Below are positions 58,908 through 64,000 of a DNA stretch of 64,000 bases, piece after piece; the first letter of the stretch is position 1, and every line of letters begins with the position of its first letter. The notes under the pieces are model-generated. The model saw nothing but the letters and a program-made list of their open reading frames with translations, was not told the DNA's origin and did no database searches. The stretch covers positions 28,498-92,497 of the forward strand of contig JAKSUW010000001.1 of the NCBI GenBank assembly GCA_024408565.1, in the 5' to 3' direction. Origin of the DNA: Bacilli bacterium (GTDB lineage Bacteria > Bacillota_I > Bacilli_A > RFN20 > CAG-826). The translations under genes and the position numbers were made by a program.

Positions 58908-59110
58908 TTGTTTGTCTTTTATTCGATGTAAACGTCTATATTATACCATAAGATAATTTATGCTAAATTATGAAAGCAAAATTCTTTTTGGTGGCCCAAA
59001 TTTTATCATAAATTTTTGGCTAATTTTTATTTATATAAATAAAATTTAGTGTTATAATTTCTTTAGATTTTTTATTCAAAGAAAATCAATTTTTAAAGAA
59101 GGAACAATTT

Positions 59111-60715
59111 ATGGAAAAAATTGACTTATCTCAATACGGCATTAAAAATGCCACAGAAATTATTCGCAACCCTTCTTATGAGTTTTTATTTAGCGAAGAA
59201 ACTAAACCCGAACTCACCGGTTACGAAAAAGGCGTGCTAACCGAATTAGACGCTGTAAACGTGATGACTGGTATTTATACTGGCCGTTCACCCAAAGATA
59301 AATTTATCGTGATGGATGATCGCTCCAAAGATACTGTTTGGTGGACCACTCCCGAATATAAAAATGATAACCACCCTGCGAGTCAAGCTGCGTGGGAAGT
59401 CGTGAAAAAGATTGCCATCGAAGAATTATCTAACAAGAAATTATATGTAGTTGATGCCTATTGTGGCGCTAACAAAGATACGAGAATGGCCGTCCGCTTC
59501 ATTATGGAAGTTGCCTGGCAAGCTCACTTTATTAAAAATATGTTTATTCAACCAAGCGAGGCAGAATTAGCTAATTTTAAACCTGATTTCGTGGTCTATA
59601 ACGCTTCCAAAGCCAAAGTCACTAACTTTAAAGAATTAGGTTTAAATAGTGAAACTGCGGTGGTCTTTAATATCTCCTCACGCGAGCAAGTCATTATTAA
59701 TACTTGGTATGGTGGCGAGATGAAGAAAGGCATGTTCTCGATGATGAATTATTATCTTCCTTTAAAAGGTATCGCGAGTATGCACTGCTCAGCGAACACT
59801 GACCTTAATGGTAAAGATACTGCCATCTTCTTTGGCTTATCAGGTACTGGTAAAACTACCTTATCAACCGATCCAAAACGTTTACTCATTGGTGATGATG
59901 AACATGGTTGGGACGATAACGGCGTCTTTAACTTTGAAGGTGGTTGCTACGCCAAAGTTATTAATCTTGATAAAGATAGCGAACCCGATATCTACCGGGC
60001 AATTAAACGTAATGCGTTATTAGAAAATGTCACGGTGGACCAAAACGGGAAGATTAATTTCGCGGATAAATCCGTCACCGAAAATACACGCGTGTCTTAT
60101 CCAATTAATCATATTGATAAGATTGTAAAGCCGATTAGTAGCGCACCCGCAGCGAAGAACGTCATCTTCTTAAGCGCTGATGCTTTTGGTGTCTTACCAC
60201 CCGTAAGCATCTTAACCCCTGAACAAACCCAATATTATTTCTTAAGTGGCTTTACGGCGAAACTAGCTGGTACTGAAAGAGGGATTGTTGAACCAACGCC
60301 AACTTTCTCGGCCTGTTTTGGTCAAGCCTTCCTTGAATTACCACCCACTAAATACGCTGAAGAATTAGTGAAGAGAATGCAAAAAAGTGGCGCTAAAGCT
60401 TATCTTGTCAATACTGGCTGGAACGGCACTGGTAAACGGATTTCGATTAAGGATACACGTGGTATTATTGATGCCATCTTAAATGGTTCAATTAACCAAG
60501 CACCCACGAAGACGATTCCTTACTTTAATTTAGCCGTACCAACTGTTTTGCCAGGTGTTGACACTAACATCCTTGATCCACGTGACACCTATGCGAACAA
60601 AGCGGATTGGGATAAAAAAGCGATTGATTTAGCGAATCGCTTTGTCAAAAACTTTAACAAATACACCACTAATGATGCCGGCAAGGCATTAGTGAAAGCT
60701 GGACCTAAAATTTAA
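59111..60715 (+). CDS. pckA: Phosphoenolpyruvate carboxykinase (ATP).
   Basis: …[13 protein letters not shown]… kinase-1a motif plus PEPCK-ATP family length and motifs. Confidence 0.95.
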   Translation: MEKIDLSQYGIKNATEIIRNPSYEFLFSEETKPELTGYEKGVLTELDAVNVMTGIYTGRSPKDKFIVMDDRSKDTVWWTTPEYKNDNHPASQAAWEVVKKIAIEELSNKKLYVVDAYCGANKDTRMAVRFIMEVAWQAHFIKNMFIQPSEAELANFKPDFVVYNASKAKVTNFKELGLNSETAVVFNISSREQVIINTWYGGEMKKGMFSMMNYYLPLKGIASMHCSANTDLNGKDTAIFFGLSGTGKTTLSTDPKRLLIGDDEHGWDDNGVFNFEGGCYAKVINLDKDSEPDIYRAIKRNALLENVTVDQNGKINFADKSVTENTRVSYPINHIDKIVKPISSAPAAKNVIFLSADAFGVLPPVSILTPEQTQYYFLSGFTAKLAGTERGIVEPTPTFSACFGQAFLELPPTKYAEELVKRMQKSGAKAYLVNTGWNGTGKRISIKDTRGIIDAILNGSINQAPTKTIPYFNLAVPTVLPGVDTNILDPRDTYANKADWDKKAIDLANRFVKNFNKYTTNDAGKALVKAGPKI

Positions 60716-60727
60716 TAAGGAGGATTT

Positions 60728-62098
60728 ATGGGAGTAAAAATTGTCGAAACTTGCCTACGCGATGGTCATCAATCTTTGTTTGCCACGCGGATGAACACTG
60801 ACGAAGTGTTAAGCGCATTACCTGAGCTTGACAAAGTCGGCTACCACGCGATTGAAATTTGGGGCGGAGCAACCTTTGATGCTTGCTTACGTTTCTTAAA
60901 CGAAGATCCGTGGGAGAGATTAAGAAAGGCACGGAAGATTTGTAAACACACTAAATTACAAATGTTATTCCGGGGCCAAAATATCTTAGGGTATCGTCAC
61001 TACGCAGATGACGTGGTGGATAAGTTCGTCGAGAAATCGATTAAAAATGGTATTGATATCATTCGGGTGTTTGATGCCTTAAATGATATTCGTAACTTAG
61101 AAAGAGCGGTCAAAGCCACCAAGAAATATGGCGGTGAATGCCAGATTGCTTTAAGCTACACCACTAGCCCAGTTCATACCGTTAAGTATTATGTAGACTT
61201 AGCGAAGAAAGTAGAAAAGCTTGGTGCGGATTCTTTATGTATTAAGGATATGGCGGGCGTCTTATTGCCCACCACCGCGTATGAATTAATTAGCGAACTA
61301 AAGAAAGCGGTGAAGTTACCAATTGAATTACATAGTCACTGCACTGGCGGCTTAATGGAAATGACTTACCAAAAAGCGATTGAAGCGGGCGTTGATATTA
61401 TTGACTGCGCGCTTTCCCCATTAGCGAGTGGCACTTCTCAACCTTGTACCGAAGCGTTTAACTTCGCTTATCAAGGCACAAAGTATGATCCAAAACTGAA
61501 CGTAGAGATGCTTAATGCTGCCGCTAAGAAGATGCAAGTTGTTCGCCAAAAATATATCGCGAACGGTTTACTAAATCCCAAAGTGTTAGGCTTTAACCCC
61601 AACATTTTAATTTATCAAGTACCAGGTGGTATGCTTTCTAACTTAATTAGTCAATTAAAGCAACAAGGTAAAGAAGATAAATTAGATGAGGTCTTAAAAG
61701 AAGTGCCTCATGTCCGGAAAGATTTAGGTTATCCACCACTTGTTACCCCACTTTCACAAATGGTTGGTACGCAAGCGGTGATGAATGTCATTACGGGTGA
61801 ACGTTATAAGATGGTCCCAAAAGAGATCAATGCTTATTTACATGGTCAATATGGCCAAGCACCTGCTCCGGTTAACGAAGAAATCAGAAAGAAAATCATC
61901 GGTAACGATAAGGTCATTACCTATCGTCCAGCGGATGATTTGAAACCTGAATTTGAAAAGCTCAAGAAGCAATATAAGCACATCGCTAAGACCGATGAAG
62001 ACGTGTTAAGTTTAGCACTCTTCCCCGAAGTCGCGATGAAGTTTTTCGAGCAACGGAAAGCGGATAAAAAACCGACAAGGATTAAATTAAAGGCGTAA
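60728..62098 (+). CDS. oadA: Oxaloacetate decarboxylase alpha subunit, carboxyltransferase domain only (no fused biotinyl domain).
   Basis: MGVKIVETCLRDGHQSLFATRM… and HSHCTGGLMEMTYQKAIEAGVDIID (HxH metal site) of the pyruvate/oxaloacetate carboxyltransferase TIM barrel. 456 aa against about 590 for fused OadA. Confidence 0.85.
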   Translation: MGVKIVETCLRDGHQSLFATRMNTDEVLSALPELDKVGYHAIEIWGGATFDACLRFLNEDPWERLRKARKICKHTKLQMLFRGQNILGYRHYADDVVDKFVEKSIKNGIDIIRVFDALNDIRNLERAVKATKKYGGECQIALSYTTSPVHTVKYYVDLAKKVEKLGADSLCIKDMAGVLLPTTAYELISELKKAVKLPIELHSHCTGGLMEMTYQKAIEAGVDIIDCALSPLASGTSQPCTEAFNFAYQGTKYDPKLNVEMLNAAAKKMQVVRQKYIANGLLNPKVLGFNPNILIYQVPGGMLSNLISQLKQQGKEDKLDEVLKEVPHVRKDLGYPPLVTPLSQMVGTQAVMNVITGERYKMVPKEINAYLHGQYGQAPAPVNEEIRKKIIGNDKVITYRPADDLKPEFEKLKKQYKHIAKTDEDVLSLALFPEVAMKFFEQRKADKKPTRIKLKA

Positions 62099-62102
62099 AG
62101 GT

Positions 62103-62399
62103 ATGTATCAAGGAATTTGGCCCGAAGGTGAATTTACCTTCTTAGACTCATTACTTGTCAGTTTAATTGCGATTCTTCTCGTCTTCTTAGTTTTAATCAT
62201 TATTATTTTGGTCACTCACGGGGTGAAGCTAGGAACGGATAAAGCCGACTCCTTAACTCACATTAACCCGAAGGCCGAAAATAAATTATTAGACGAAGAT
62301 CAAGACGCGGTTGTCGCAGCGTTAACCGCCACGATTGATTTCCACAAGGAAACCGGTAAAAACGCTGAATTAGTCAGTATTGAAAGGATAGATGAATAA
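62103..62399 (+). CDS. oadG: Small single-TM subunit, probably the OadG-like gamma subunit of the Na+-pumping decarboxylase.
   Basis: 98 aa with an N-terminal TM helix. Sits between the alpha and BCCP genes. Confidence 0.5.
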   Translation: MYQGIWPEGEFTFLDSLLVSLIAILLVFLVLIIIILVTHGVKLGTDKADSLTHINPKAENKLLDEDQDAVVAALTATIDFHKETGKNAELVSIERIDE

Positions 62400-62410
62400 A
62401 AGGAGAAAGT

Positions 62411-62773
62411 ATGAAAATCTACAAAATCAAAGTGAACGGAAAGACTTACAAAGTCGAACTCCAAGCGATGGAAGAGGTGAAAACGGGGGCTGCCCCAACC
62501 GCTGTCGCAAGCAAAAAGAAGGAGGCCCCGAAAGCGGCTGCGCCAGTTTCAACTGGTGATGGCACACCGGTCTTAGCCCCAATCCAAGGCCAACTTTTAA
62601 AATTCAAAGTGAAAGTCGGCGACAAAGTGAAGAAGGGCGATGTCCTTTTACTCATCGAAGCGATGAAATTAGAAAACGAGGTTTGTGCACCTTGTGATGG
62701 AGTGATTAGTGAACTCGTTGCGACCGCTGGGAGCATGGTCACTAGTAAACAATTATTATTAAAGATTAAATAA
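62411..62773 (+). CDS. Biotin carboxyl carrier protein (stand-alone biotinyl domain).
   Basis: Ala/Pro-rich linker plus …VLLLIEAMKLENEVCAPCDGVI…, a biotinyl-lysine EAMK motif. 120 aa. Confidence 0.8.
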   Translation: MKIYKIKVNGKTYKVELQAMEEVKTGAAPTAVASKKKEAPKAAAPVSTGDGTPVLAPIQGQLLKFKVKVGDKVKKGDVLLLIEAMKLENEVCAPCDGVISELVATAGSMVTSKQLLLKIK

Positions 62774-62775
62774 GT

Positions 62776-63984
62776 ATGCAACAATTCTGGGACACTATTG
62801 TCGAGTTCTTCAAAGAATCAGGAATTGCTGGCTTCTTTACCGAGCAAGAAGGCTGGAAAAATTTAATCATGATTGTGATCGCTTTAGTACTCTTATACTT
62901 AGCGATTAAAAAAGATTTCGAACCCTACCTATTACTACCTATCTCCTTCGGAATGTTACTAGTTAACCTTCCATTTGTGAAAGACCAAATCTTTAAGGAG
63001 ATTGTAGACGAGGCTGGACATGTTATTGGTTATGAAGGCCTACTGGGTTACCTTTATTACGGGGTTAAATTCGAAATTTACCCATGCATTATTTTCCTTT
63101 GTATCGGAGCCACAACTGACTTTGGACCACTCATTGGCAATAAGAAAACAATGTTATTAGGTGCCGCGGCACAACTCGGTATCTTTATTACCTTCATCGG
63201 AGCGATTTTATTAAAATTTACCCCCCAAGAGGCAAGTGCAATTGGTATTATCGGTGGCGCAGATGGCCCAACGGCAATCTTAGTCACCCAACGTTTAGCA
63301 CCACATCTACTCTCCTCGATTGCGGTAGCGGCTTATAGCTACATGGCTTTAGTGCCAGTCATTCAACCACCCATTATCAAATTATTAACCACCAAAAAAG
63401 AACGGCTGATTAGAATGGACAACGAAGTGGCACCCGTGAGTAAACGCGAAAAGATTCTTTTCCCGATTATTGTCACACTAGTGACGGTGTTATTAGTACC
63501 AAGCTGCGCACCACTTATTGGTTGCTTAATGCTTGGTAACCTCGTTAAAGAGTCAGGCGTTGTACCAAACATCACTCATACCTTAAGTAATGGTTTACTT
63601 TACACCGTGACCATTATCTTAGGTCTTTGCGTTGGTGCGACCGCAACCGCCGCGACTTTCTTAACTTTACAAACGATTGAAATCTTTGCCTTAGGTATCT
63701 TCGCTTTCGCGACCGCGACTGCGGGTGGTGTCTTAGGTGGAAAACTCATGTGCGCTTTAACCCACGGAAAAGTAAACCCAATGATTGGTGCAGCGGGCGT
63801 GAGTGCTGTTCCAATGGCCGCGCGGGTCGTCCACAAGATGGGCCAAAAAGAAGATCCAGAAAACTTCTTATTAATGCACGCGATGGGGCCAAACGTCGCT
63901 GGTGTTATTGGCTCTGCCGTCGCCGCGGGTGTGTTAATCCTCTTATTTAGTAATAGTCCATCTTCAGCGGCAGCGCTTATCTAA
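62776..63984 (+). CDS. oadB: Na+-transporting decarboxylase beta subunit (OadB/GcdB/MmdB family).
   Basis: 402 aa polytopic protein with conserved …IGGADGPTAI… and a C-terminal …GVSAVPMAARV… region typical of OadB. Confidence 0.85.
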   Translation: MQQFWDTIVEFFKESGIAGFFTEQEGWKNLIMIVIALVLLYLAIKKDFEPYLLLPISFGMLLVNLPFVKDQIFKEIVDEAGHVIGYEGLLGYLYYGVKFEIYPCIIFLCIGATTDFGPLIGNKKTMLLGAAAQLGIFITFIGAILLKFTPQEASAIGIIGGADGPTAILVTQRLAPHLLSSIAVAAYSYMALVPVIQPPIIKLLTTKKERLIRMDNEVAPVSKREKILFPIIVTLVTVLLVPSCAPLIGCLMLGNLVKESGVVPNITHTLSNGLLYTVTIILGLCVGATATAATFLTLQTIEIFALGIFAFATATAGGVLGGKLMCALTHGKVNPMIGAAGVSAVPMAARVVHKMGQKEDPENFLLMHAMGPNVAGVIGSAVAAGVLILLFSNSPSSAAALI

Positions 63985-64000
63985 TGACGCGTCTACATTT

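Overview
This 64-kb window is almost entirely chromosomal core from a low-GC, standard-code bacterium, probably a Bacilli-, Erysipelotrichia- or Acholeplasma-like Firmicute. TGG encodes Trp and TGA is a stop. The RNase P RNA is type B, its GAGGAAAGUCCAUGCUCGCAC box is an exact match to the one I remember from Bacillus, and the gene order pgsA-cinA-recA-rny is Bacillus-like. Host genes prefer NCG codons and CGN for arginine.

Recognisable housekeeping genes, by approximate position:
- 2.7-9.2 kb: fucU, rny, recA, a CinA C-terminal domain protein, a metallophosphoesterase and pgsA, all on the minus strand.
- 9.3-13.7 kb: rnpB, recU, dnaD, a short polymerase-head nucleotidyltransferase and hup.
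- 13.8-18.1 kb: der, cmk, a ferredoxin, rpsI and rplM.
- 19.0-24.4 kb: a BMP-lipoprotein nucleoside ABC transporter operon.
- 25.4-37.6 kb: smpB, galE, gatCAB, ligA and pcrA.
- 40.8-49.6 kb: asnS, tsaE/tsaB/rimI/tsaD, a ferredoxin-NADP reductase-like gene, a DUF402 phosphatase-like gene, a TPP-riboswitch-controlled thiT and ung.
- 51.5-58.9 kb: mntP, lemA, an nfu-type protein, gpmA and an Na/Pi cotransporter.
- 59.1-64.0 kb: pckA followed by a four-subunit Na+-pumping oxaloacetate decarboxylase (oadA-oadG-BCCP-oadB).

No transposase, integrase, CRISPR array, tRNA or rRNA was seen.

The parts that the core annotation does not explain:
- A conserved ~45-bp promoter-proximal box (core TGACGCGAATAT) sits at the same distance upstream of three genes: a thioredoxin-like lipoprotein and two paralogous small coiled-coil proteins. 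One paralog carries near-perfect 42-bp in-frame tandem repeats.
- A hipB-hipA-like toxin-antitoxin pair is translationally overlapped onto recU.
- A very AT-rich, AGA-using foreign-looking ORF sits between cmk and the ferredoxin gene, preceded by a G7-containing structured leader.
- A single 893-aa ORF fuses a GT4 glycosyltransferase to a Wzx-type flippase, next to a PglC-like phosphoglycosyltransferase and galE.
- A minimal 207-aa CCA-enzyme-head-only nucleotidyltransferase.
- A choloylglycine-hydrolase-family lipoprotein with a ~100-aa pro-region.
- Three overlapping membrane ORFs of unknown function.

All assignments come from reading the translated ORFs and the DNA directly. No database searches were run.
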